DNA of 64,000 nucleotides from an uncultured Acidobacteriota bacterium (GTDB lineage: Bacteria; Acidobacteriota; Thermoanaerobaculia; Gp7-AA8): NCBI GenBank assembly GCA_963822445.1, contig CAWGHO010000003.1, positions 224,001 to 288,000 of the forward strand, written 5' to 3'. The position numbers and the translations under genes were made by a program. Shown here in pieces: positions 1 through 7,799 of this stretch. Below the pieces are notes generated by a model that ran no database searches, was not told the origin of the DNA, and saw only the letters and a program-made list of their open reading frames with translations. The stretch's first letter is position 1; every line of letters begins with the position of its first letter.

Positions 1-1083
1 TGCCGCCGCGGCGAAATGGCGTGCCCACGCGGCCATCGGACTTCCGGCACCGGCAAACGAGCGTTCCGCCCTGCGAAGCAATCGTTCTGCTTCAACCGCA
101 TCGTGGCGTGCATAGGCGAGCCGGCCCTCCTTGTAATCGAGATGACCGCGCACCAGAAGGTCGCGACTCGAGGAGCGATCGATGGCCTCGACGGCGTCGG
201 CGACCATCGAGTCGCCGCGGTCACGCAGGACCCCGCCAATTACCCGAGCGCGGTCTATCAGCTGTTGCGCCGCTTCATGATCGCCGTTCGCGGTGCGGTC
301 CGCCCAGAATGAGAGATACGGCCCTTCGGCGAAGGCGCGGGCCTGCTGCGGCAAGTCGCGCGTCAACGTGCGGAGCTGAGCAGGCGTGACCTCATCGATG
401 TTGGCCGTCGAGTTTTGCCATGCCTGCCGGTCTGGGATGAATTGCGCCGAAAGATGCGTGCGTACGATGGAGCTCCAGGGGGAGATGGCGTCCGCGGCAA
501 GTGCTCTCTTCCAGGGTCCTCGCGCGATCACGAAAACGCCGAACGCCTCCACGATCTTGGCTCGATTGAACGCCGCTTCCGCGTGCAGCGGCTGCAGCGC
601 GAGTGCCCGGTCGGCGGCGTCGAGAGCAGCGAGCCGGTCGGATTCGACATCGCTCTGATCGGCGATCACCGCGTGCGCGGCGGCGAGGTCATTCCATGTC
701 GAAGCATCTCGGGAGCTCTCGGGGATCGATTTCAATGCCGTTACTGCGTTCGCCGGTTCGCCAGCGAGAAGGTGCGCCGTCGCTGCTGCTTGTAAGGCTT
801 CCTTGCCAGCCGCGTCACGCGACAGCCGAAGCAATTCGCTTGCGACACCAAGTCGATTATGGGACCGCGCCGACCGTGAGACAGCCGCTGCCGCGGCACC
901 CGCCGGCCGCGTCAAGCGCAGGCCAAGAACCTTCGGATCATCCGCTGCATGACGCGCACGGGCCAACGCGATGGCGAAGTGGGCGCGATCCAGCGTGGCG
1001 CCCATCTTCGGCCAGGCGAAAGATCCAACAGCTACCGCGACCGCGACACCGATCGCGGCGAGATGCCCTGGTCGTAATCGCAT
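1..1083 (-). CDS. TPR-like protein, probably the N-terminal part of a CHAT-domain protease; runs off the window edge
   Basis: Manual translation from ATG at 1083: MRLRPGHLAAIGVAVAVAVGSFAWP (TM) ... WNDLAAAHAV ... ALDAADRALALQPLHAEAAFNRAKIVE, the same motif as the neighbouring zf-HC2/TPR gene. The CHAT domain itself is outside the window and is inferred. Confidence 0.65.
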   Translation of the reverse strand, partial: MRLRPGHLAAIGVAVAVAVGSFAWPKMGATLDRAHFAIALARARHAADDPKVLGLRLTRPAGAAAAAVSRSARSHNRLGVASELLRLSRDAAGKEALQAAATAHLLAGEPANAVTALKSIPESSRDASTWNDLAAAHAVIADQSDVESDRLAALDAADRALALQPLHAEAAFNRAKIVEAFGVFVIARGPWKRALAADAISPWSSIVRTHLSAQFIPDRQAWQNSTANIDEVTPAQLRTLTRDLPQQARAFAEGPYLSFWADRTANGDHEAAQQLIDRARVIGGVLRDRGDSMVADAVEAIDRSSSRDLLVRGHLDYKEGRLAYARHDAVEAERLLRRAERSFAGAGSPMAAWARHFAAAA

Positions 1084-1160
1084 CCCTGGTCTCGTTTGCG
1101 GAATGCCGGAAGATTAGCGCAAAACGAAGGAGGGCCGGCAAGCGGCCCTCCATGAGCATG

Positions 1161-2810
1161 CTAGGGCCATCCGGCGGGTGAACAGAAGTTCACCGGAACG
1201 GAGACGATCCATGGCAAGGGCGGGTCGCTTGGAACCGTCGATGGTCTTGCGAGCAAGTAGAACAGCGGGAAATGTTCGCGCGGGTTTTCGGAGGAAAGCG
1301 GATCCTGGAGTATGTCCTGTTCCCGCGCGTTTCCGATGAGCACCGAAGCGTATGGCTTGAGATAAATCATGGTCTCTTCCGATCCTTTGGTGATCCGGAT
1401 CGTCGCGGCAGCCGTCGTGAGTGGTAGACGCAGCTCTGCGTACTCTGCGGTGCGGCGATGCCATGTGCCCGGAACGCCGGCTTTGTTGGTAAACATGACG
1501 ATCTTCTGATCGATCGTTCCGGCGTCGAGGATGCCCGCATACAGATCGACGTGTGCCGCGACGATGGCCTCCGGCGGAGGGTCGAGATAACAAGTCGCGT
1601 CGGGTAACGGGTCGAGCGACGGCAGAATGTCCTTTTGCATGCCGGGAACGTAACGCTCGTAGGCCGCCGTCGTCGCTAGGCCGCCGGTCACGTCGACATT
1701 CAGGAACTCGATCCGATGACCCTGAAGATGCCAGCGCAGAAAATCGATTCCGCCACCAACGTGCGGTTTCGCGATCGGGTCGACGCCCGTCCATTGTTCA
1801 ACCTGATCCTCGCCGAACTCGATGAACGCGATGTGTTTTTTGTCGACGTCGGAACGCGAGTCGTATGGCAGGAGAACCCGCTTCGCGAAGGTACTGCCGG
1901 AGTTCGGGTCCGCGAAGCAGGTGATGCCCGTGAACCTCACTGCAATCGATGCTGCAGCGAGCCGCGCCGTTGCCGTCTTGGCGATCTCTGTTGCAACGTC
2001 AGATTCAGAGAGGGTAGGAGCGTCAGTTGGCTCGCCGGGAAAGAACTCGTCCGCGCCCGAGAGATCTCCGCGAAGTTCCGGCGTCTGCGGAATTCCCTTC
2101 AGCAAGGGCTGGATGCCGGCCAGCAGATCCCTGAACGTACCATCGTAGATCCGCAGCCAGTCCAGGGCTCGCGAGCTGAAGAGGGCGCGCGGCTCTCCGT
2201 CGATCTCGAGCTGAACGGCCTGCTCCTTGCGCCCGCAGGCGGCGACGATCAGCGGACCACCAATCGCGGCTTCTCCTCTGCCGAGCGATCCGAACGCGCG
2301 AACGTTCGTCAGATCGAGTGCGCCATCGATGGTCGATTGGATGAAAAGCCGTTTCGCACCCGGTGGAAGGTCGATATCGAAACCGCCCGAGAAGCACGTT
2401 TCGAGAATCAACGTCGTATCGGCATCCTCCGGAAGATGTGCGTCGCGAAACATCGCAGCGAGGTCGCTGTCCGTGATCACGGAGTCCCGTGGCGTGCTGC
2501 CGGGATGCGGAAATGCGCAGAATGCTTCCTCGAGGGTGTAGCCGGTGGACGTTTTGACCGCCGTCACCGTGCCGTGGCCCGAGAGGACAAGCATGAGTTG
2601 ATAGTTGTCTTCTGCTCCCTTCAACAAGCGTTCGACCTCTCTGCGGATGTCTTTCACCGTAGCGTCCTTGTCGGTGAGGAGCTCGGTTGCATAGCCGTAC
2701 TTTTCCCTCAGGAGTTTCTCCCAGCGCCGCGCTTCCGGAACCGCTGCTTCGAGGTCCGCGGCGTATCCGCGGTAGTTCCCCACGCCTACGATCAAGGCTT
2801 TTTTCTCCAT
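1161..2810 (-). CDS. Caspase/metacaspase (peptidase C14) fused to an uncharacterised C-terminal domain
   Basis: MEKKALIVGVGNY start after a GAAGGAGA RBS; His motif VLSGHG; Cys motif ILETCFSGG; AACGRKEQA; the C-terminal domain ends VNFCSPAGWP. Confidence 0.85.
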   Translation of the reverse strand: MEKKALIVGVGNYRGYAADLEAAVPEARRWEKLLREKYGYATELLTDKDATVKDIRREVERLLKGAEDNYQLMLVLSGHGTVTAVKTSTGYTLEEAFCAFPHPGSTPRDSVITDSDLAAMFRDAHLPEDADTTLILETCFSGGFDIDLPPGAKRLFIQSTIDGALDLTNVRAFGSLGRGEAAIGGPLIVAACGRKEQAVQLEIDGEPRALFSSRALDWLRIYDGTFRDLLAGIQPLLKGIPQTPELRGDLSGADEFFPGEPTDAPTLSESDVATEIAKTATARLAAASIAVRFTGITCFADPNSGSTFAKRVLLPYDSRSDVDKKHIAFIEFGEDQVEQWTGVDPIAKPHVGGGIDFLRWHLQGHRIEFLNVDVTGGLATTAAYERYVPGMQKDILPSLDPLPDATCYLDPPPEAIVAAHVDLYAGILDAGTIDQKIVMFTNKAGVPGTWHRRTAEYAELRLPLTTAAATIRITKGSEETMIYLKPYASVLIGNAREQDILQDPLSSENPREHFPLFYLLARPSTVPSDPPLPWIVSVPVNFCSPAGWP

Positions 2811-2886
2811 CTCGTTCTCCTTCTGCTGGTCTGCGAATGTCTCGATCCCCAGCTGAATGTCGAAGACGGACGGGCAGGAAAATTTC

Positions 2887-3708
2887 TCAGCGAATGTGTT
2901 CGAGAATTTCGATCCGCTGCCTGATTTCGCTGGTCCATGCGGATCGGGGAGCGGAAGCAAGCGCGCGACGGTAGGCCTCGCCCGCCGAATGGCGTTGCCG
3001 AAGATGCTCGAGAGCAACGCCGCGGTTGAAGGCAGCAGATGAAAGATCGGGGGCGAGGGCAAGCGCGCGGTCCGCGGCGGCGACGGCCTGTTGATAGGCA
3101 TACGGATCGCCAGACGCAGCGCCGGCAGCCACGTACGCCACAGCCAGGTCGTTCCAGTAAGCGGCACGTTCGGGGGAGGAGCGCGCGGCGTGGACGAAGT
3201 TGGCGATCGCTTTCGGGGTGTCGCCGAGGAGTAGAAAGGCCACTCCGCGGGCGTGCACGGTAGCTGGATGGTCACCGCGCAACCGACTGGTCTCCTCGGC
3301 CGCTGCGCGGAGCTCGAGCTCCGGCCCCGAAGCCTTTTGCGAGCGGATTGAATTGAACGGCTTCCACGCGAAGCCGTGGAGATTTCCTTCCACGTGCCGA
3401 TTATCGGCCACCACGGCCGCGTCTCGGACTTGCGCCAGAGGATCCGAGGTCCCTGCACGCCAGAGAACGAGCGAGATTGCGATGGCTGTCAGCGCGGCGG
3501 CGACGGCTGATCGGCGCCACCCCCACGCCGGCCTCTGCTTTTCGCTCTCGCCGAGGAACCTGATCGTCTCGCCGATTACGATTGCGCATTCCGAGCAATT
3601 GGCCGCATGCCGTACGACGTCGGAATGGTGTTCCGCATCGAGGAAACCCTCCGCGAACTCGGCCAGGAGTGCCGGATCGGGGCAGCCGCGCACCGGTCTT
3701 TCGGTCAC
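2887..3708 (-). CDS. zf-HC2 anti-sigma-like membrane protein with TPR-like C-terminus
   Basis: CPDPALLAEF...VVRHAANCSEC (HxxxCxxC); TM segment; YWNDLAVAY...AADRALALAP...AAFNRGVALE. Confidence 0.85.
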   Translation of the reverse strand: MTERPVRGCPDPALLAEFAEGFLDAEHHSDVVRHAANCSECAIVIGETIRFLGESEKQRPAWGWRRSAVAAALTAIAISLVLWRAGTSDPLAQVRDAAVVADNRHVEGNLHGFAWKPFNSIRSQKASGPELELRAAAEETSRLRGDHPATVHARGVAFLLLGDTPKAIANFVHAARSSPERAAYWNDLAVAYVAAGAASGDPYAYQQAVAAADRALALAPDLSSAAFNRGVALEHLRQRHSAGEAYRRALASAPRSAWTSEIRQRIEILEHIR

Positions 3709-4583
3709 TCTCGTTCCTCTCTCTCTGCCTGGTTCTTGTCCGTGGACAGAAATCCGAAGTCCAGATCACGGTGCCGGCTCGCCAGGACGCTGGCCGCGTC
3801 CGCCGCCGTGATGCCCGCTGCTTCGAGACGAGCGCGAAGCAGGACCAGCATCCGCTGCAGCTGCCGGTAGAGAGGCTTCTGTTCGATTCGCAGCGTTCGC
3901 GAGATGTCCGCCACGCTCATTCCTCCTTCGAAGCGTAGACGGAAGATGAGTCGATCCATGTCACGGAGGTCGCGCATCGTCGCACGAACGATGTCCTCGA
4001 TCCGGCTGGACACGTCACGCCAATATGAAGCGAATACCACTTCGTCGACACGATCATCGGCGGCGATTGCGTCGCGGGCATAGTCGATGTCGACCGGTCT
4101 GGGACGCGCCGTCCGGGTGGGAAGCTTCGTGGAGATTGTTTCTACACGCTGCCGTGTGAGATCAGGCCAGCGGCGGGTGAGAGACGGAAGAATTTCGTCG
4201 ATCGTTCGCCCATCACGGAACAGCAGAGCCTCGATGGTGATCGCCGGTTCTCCAAGGCGCCGAGCCGTTGCCGACGCATGCCACTTTCCCCACTGAGAGA
4301 TCCGATAATCGAGCAGCAACCGCTGCACGACGATGGAGATGAACGCCGCGAACGTCGATCGCCGCTGATATTTGCGGATGATGGCATAGCTGTCGTCGAT
4401 GAGTCTCAGTTTCACGTACGACGCGAAATCGTCAGCGTCGTGGGGTTGCATTCGGCCGCGACGGCACGCAAAGCGGATGGCGCGATCGATCGTCGAGAGC
4501 TCCCGGACAAACAGTGATTCCGGCTGTGTGCCGTCGGCGTCCGAGCACGCGTTGCCACCGTCGTTGTCCCGTTGCGACCCCAC
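3705..4583 (-). CDS. ECF-type sigma-70 factor
   Basis: DADDFASYVKLRL (region 2); LIFRLRFEGGMSVADISRTL (region 4); 4-bp overlap with the anti-sigma gene. Confidence 0.9.
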   Translation of the reverse strand: MGSQRDNDGGNACSDADGTQPESLFVRELSTIDRAIRFACRRGRMQPHDADDFASYVKLRLIDDSYAIIRKYQRRSTFAAFISIVVQRLLLDYRISQWGKWHASATARRLGEPAITIEALLFRDGRTIDEILPSLTRRWPDLTRQRVETISTKLPTRTARPRPVDIDYARDAIAADDRVDEVVFASYWRDVSSRIEDIVRATMRDLRDMDRLIFRLRFEGGMSVADISRTLRIEQKPLYRQLQRMLVLLRARLEAAGITAADAASVLASRHRDLDFGFLSTDKNQAEREERE

Positions 4584-4709
4584 TCATCAAAGGAGTGCCG
4601 TTGCGCCAGCGATCCACACCCCAACGTGGCTGGATGCCAGCACGATATCCACAGCAACGTCCGGCAGTGCTTTCCGCTTTGCTGCATAATCGCCGAGGAG
4701 GAAATCCAT

Positions 4710-4964
4710 ATGGCGTTGAAAGTGAACGCGGCCCAGCTCAGTCTCGAAGGTCTCCTGAAACTTCTCGGTGGATCCGCCAGCGATCGTCTGCGGTTCTGGG
4801 AAATCCTCAAGGGGATCACCACGCCCGCCGAAGCGCAGCTGATCAATCAGAACCTCAACACCATCAACGTCCTCGCGAAACAGACCGCGGCGAACCTCAA
4901 AGGTCTTCAGACCACCGCCGGCCAGATCAACAAGAGAATTGCCAAAGGGAAGAACGTCCGCTGA
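4710..4964 (+). CDS. Small 84-aa helical protein; candidate YcaO substrate/precursor
   Basis: Strong RBS GAGGAGGA before ATG 4710; MALKVNAAQLSLEGLLKLLGG...; first gene of the YcaO operon. Confidence 0.75.
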   Translation: MALKVNAAQLSLEGLLKLLGGSASDRLRFWEILKGITTPAEAQLINQNLNTINVLAKQTAANLKGLQTTAGQINKRIAKGKNVR

Positions 4965-4971
4965 CAGAGCG

Positions 4972-6678
4972 GTGGAAATCGATCTGAAGAAGGCGTTCGG
5001 CGCATCCCGCCGGACGCCTTCTGATTTTGCGGCCGCATTTTTCGAGGCCGGCGACGACCGCCGGCGCTGTGCGTTCGAGTCGCAAACGCATCGAGACGGC
5101 GTCTCCTCGCTGATCGCTTCAGCGGATGCCGATCGGGCGCTGATCGGGCCGCTCTCGCTCCCCGGAAGAGCGGGCTGCGCGCACTGCGCCCACGAGCGGA
5201 TCCGGGCGGCGGCGGCAGTCCATGACCCGCGCCGCCCGGCCACGCAACGCGCTCGTGCGGTGGCGCGGCGCGTGATGGAGCGCGAGGCTCAGGCGATCGC
5301 GGATGGCGGCACGGCGCTGCTCGATCACGTGCTCGCGGTCGATGTGCGCACGGGCGCGGAGTCGCTGCATCGCGTCATTCCGCTTTCGCGATGCCCGGTG
5401 TGCGGCGGCGCCGCGGATGCTCCCCTGATTGCTTCAGCGGCCGAGTCGCTCGACGGCTGGGTCGATCCGGTGACGGGCGTCATCAGCGCGATTCACCTCG
5501 ATCCCGAGACCGAACTGCCGTTCATCGTCACCGCGGCGCCTCCGCATGTCGTGCGGAACGATGGGACGCTGCAGCAATTGCCGATCGGATGGGGCAAGGG
5601 CCTCACCCTTCCCGACGCGGTGCTGTCGGCGGTGGGGGAGACGATCGAGCGGTACTCGGCGTCGTTCCCCGATGAATCACGCATTGTCTGGCGCCGGCCG
5701 CGCGATCTCGAAGGCGACGTTCTCGATCCGCGCGACTTTCCGCTTTACGCCGAACGGCATTACCGGCGGAAGAGCTTCCCGTATGCGCGGTTCAACGCGG
5801 CGATCCGGCATCCCTGGGTGCAGGGCACGTGGCTCGCCGGCGGCGGCGAGGTCTGGGTGCCGGCGGTGTTCGCGTTCCTCTCGCTGAAACTGCACGCGGA
5901 ACAGTTGTTCGTGCGGGAGACCTCGAACGGCCTCGCATCGTGGACGGAGCGCGACCCGGCCGCGTTGCGCGCGGTTCTCGAGCTGGTCGAGCGCGACGCG
6001 TTTCTCTCCGCGTGGATGACGGCAACGCCGGGACGCGCGGTCACGCTCGATGACGCGCTCGACCCTCGTCTCCGGCGCGTTTTCGATGCTGTCGAAACCC
6101 TTGGCGCAGCGATCGAGATCTTCACACTTCCCACGAGTGCGTGCGGGACGACGGTGCTGTGCGTCGCTCGCGGAGATGGTGAGCGCTATCCCGGCGCGAC
6201 CATCGCGCTCGCCGCCGATCTCGATCCGGCCGCGGCGCTGCAGGGCGCGATCCTCGAGCTCGGCCAGACCGCGCCTCACCTCCGGCGGATGATGCAAACG
6301 GGGGCAATCGCCATCCCCGCACGCGACACCGGCGTGCACGGGATGCTCGATCACGCCGCGTACTACTTTTCCGCCGATCGCGCGGCGGCGTTCGATTTCC
6401 TGCGCGGCGGCGGATCGATTTCCGTCCGCGCGCTGACAAGCCGCACCCGCCGGCGAACGCTCGCCGCCTGCACCGCCGCGCTCCGAAAAGCGAATGTGCG
6501 TGTCGCGCTCGTCGATGTCACCGCACCCGACGTCGCCACCGGACCGTTCCGGGTGATTCGCGCCGTGAGCCCTGACCTTCAGCCACTCTCGTACGGCTAC
6601 GGATTCGAGCGCCTTCCGGTCGAACGTGTTCGCCGGCGCGGCGTCGCGACAGGCGTACCCGTGCATCCAGTCTGGTAG
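4972..6678 (+). CDS. YcaO-family protein with a short E1/ThiF-like N-terminal region (start uncertain)
   Basis: IGPLSLPGRAGCAHC and HRVIPLSRCPVCG (zinc-site-like); GWGKG; SAVGETIERY; SNGLA; ELVERDA; C-terminal PVHPVW. Confidence 0.88.
   Translation: MEIDLKKAFGASRRTPSDFAAAFFEAGDDRRRCAFESQTHRDGVSSLIASADADRALIGPLSLPGRAGCAHCAHERIRAAAAVHDPRRPATQRARAVARRVMEREAQAIADGGTALLDHVLAVDVRTGAESLHRVIPLSRCPVCGGAADAPLIASAAESLDGWVDPVTGVISAIHLDPETELPFIVTAAPPHVVRNDGTLQQLPIGWGKGLTLPDAVLSAVGETIERYSASFPDESRIVWRRPRDLEGDVLDPRDFPLYAERHYRRKSFPYARFNAAIRHPWVQGTWLAGGGEVWVPAVFAFLSLKLHAEQLFVRETSNGLASWTERDPAALRAVLELVERDAFLSAWMTATPGRAVTLDDALDPRLRRVFDAVETLGAAIEIFTLPTSACGTTVLCVARGDGERYPGATIALAADLDPAAALQGAILELGQTAPHLRRMMQTGAIAIPARDTGVHGMLDHAAYYFSADRAAAFDFLRGGGSISVRALTSRTRRRTLAACTAALRKANVRVALVDVTAPDVATGPFRVIRAVSPDLQPLSYGYGFERLPVERVRRRGVATGVPVHPVW
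4988..5022 (+). terminator. Stem-loop just after the small ORF (attenuator or transcript stabiliser)
   Basis: AGAAGGCGTTCGGCG-CATCC-CGCCGGACGCCTTCT (15-bp stem, one G-U) followed by GATTTT. Confidence 0.55.
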
Positions 6679-6703
6679 TGTCAGGCGCGCACGGGAGGGA
6701 ACC

Positions 6704-7342
6704 ATGATCATCGGCATCCCGATCTTTCAGAAAGTCGACCTGCTCGACGTCGCCGCGGCGGTCGAGGTGTTCACTTCCATGAAATCGTACGCGCCGCAGC
6801 TCGGCGCGGAGATCTGGCTGATCGCCGAAGATGACTGCGACGTGGTCACGCGCGTGGGAGTGACCCTCAAGCCGCAGAAGTGCTTCGAGGAAGTGCCCGT
6901 GGTCGATGTGCTGTGGGTTCCGGGCGGCGATCCGTCGGCGCTGAATGCACTGATGCACGATCCGAAGCGGACGTACCTCGACTTCCTGATCACCCGCAGC
7001 GCCGGTGCACGATACGTGACCTCGGTTTGTGAAGGCGCGTTGCTGCTGGCGCAGGCCGGACTGCTCGACGGCTACCTCGCCACGACGCACTGGGCATTCG
7101 TTCCCTGCCTGAAACGCTTCAAGTCAGTCAAAGTGGCGGAAGGCTATCCGCGCTTCGTCGTCGACCGGAATCGCGTGACCGGCGGCGGGATTTCATCGGG
7201 CCTCGACGAATCGCTGAAGATCGTCGAGCTGCTCGCCGGCTACGAAGTCGCGCAGCAGGTGCAGCAGTTCACGCAGTACTACCCGGCCCCGCCCGTGGCC
7301 AGCATCATCCCCGACGCCACCGGCTGCCCGCTCGATGGGTAG
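6704..7342 (+). CDS. DJ-1/PfpI family protein (isonitrile hydratase-like subgroup)
   Basis: VDLLDV; LWVPGG; TSVCEGALLLAQAGLLDGYLATTHW; VTGGGISSGLD. Confidence 0.9.
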   Translation: MIIGIPIFQKVDLLDVAAAVEVFTSMKSYAPQLGAEIWLIAEDDCDVVTRVGVTLKPQKCFEEVPVVDVLWVPGGDPSALNALMHDPKRTYLDFLITRSAGARYVTSVCEGALLLAQAGLLDGYLATTHWAFVPCLKRFKSVKVAEGYPRFVVDRNRVTGGGISSGLDESLKIVELLAGYEVAQQVQQFTQYYPAPPVASIIPDATGCPLDG

Positions 7343-7370
7343 GGAAAACTCTTCCAGCTGACTCTCCTGA

Positions 7371-7799
7371 AATATCAACTCCCATAAAAAAATCGATCAC
7401 GCTGTTCTCCGGCGGACGCCGTCGACGCGAGCAGAGACGCTTCTTCTCGTCTGGGCGGCGGTAGCCGCGCTGCTCCCCAAGTGTCCTCTCTGTTTCCTGG
7501 CGCTCCTCGGCGCGACGGGAGCGCTGGGGACGGCTGGCTCGGCCTGGGCTGCGTGGATGCCGGCCGTCATGGTCGGCTCGCTTCTGATCTCGGTCACCGC
7601 GGTCTCCATTCGAGCGCACATGGAGCGCCGGTACGGGCCCGCGATCGTCGCCCTGATCGCCGCGGTCACGATCGTCTTGGGCAGATTCGTCTTTCACTCG
7701 ACCGCCGTCGTTTACGTCGGCGCGGCGACGCTTTTCGGCGCCGCGATCTTTCATTTCGCAATGGAGAGGATCCGATGGCACAAACCGCTGGTGTCGTGA
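7371..7799 (+). CDS. Small multi-TM membrane protein with LLPKCPLC motif (MerC-like metal-binding membrane protein); no canonical start found
   Basis: The open frame upstream of the annotated 7557 ATG reads TLLLVWAAVAALLPKCPLCFLALLGATG; a 7-A run near 7386 may hide an indel. Confidence 0.6.
   Translation, partial: NINSHKKIDHAVLRRTPSTRAETLLLVWAAVAALLPKCPLCFLALLGATGALGTAGSAWAAWMPAVMVGSLLISVTAVSIRAHMERRYGPAIVALIAAVTIVLGRFVFHSTAVVYVGAATLFGAAIFHFAMERIRWHKPLVS

Noticed and set aside
2811-3458. N-terminal extensions in the ORF track (1161-3458; also 23723-24325 and 50476-51171)
   Set aside because: They overlap real genes in other frames; RBS or coupling and motif onset support starts at 2810, 24326 and 51172.
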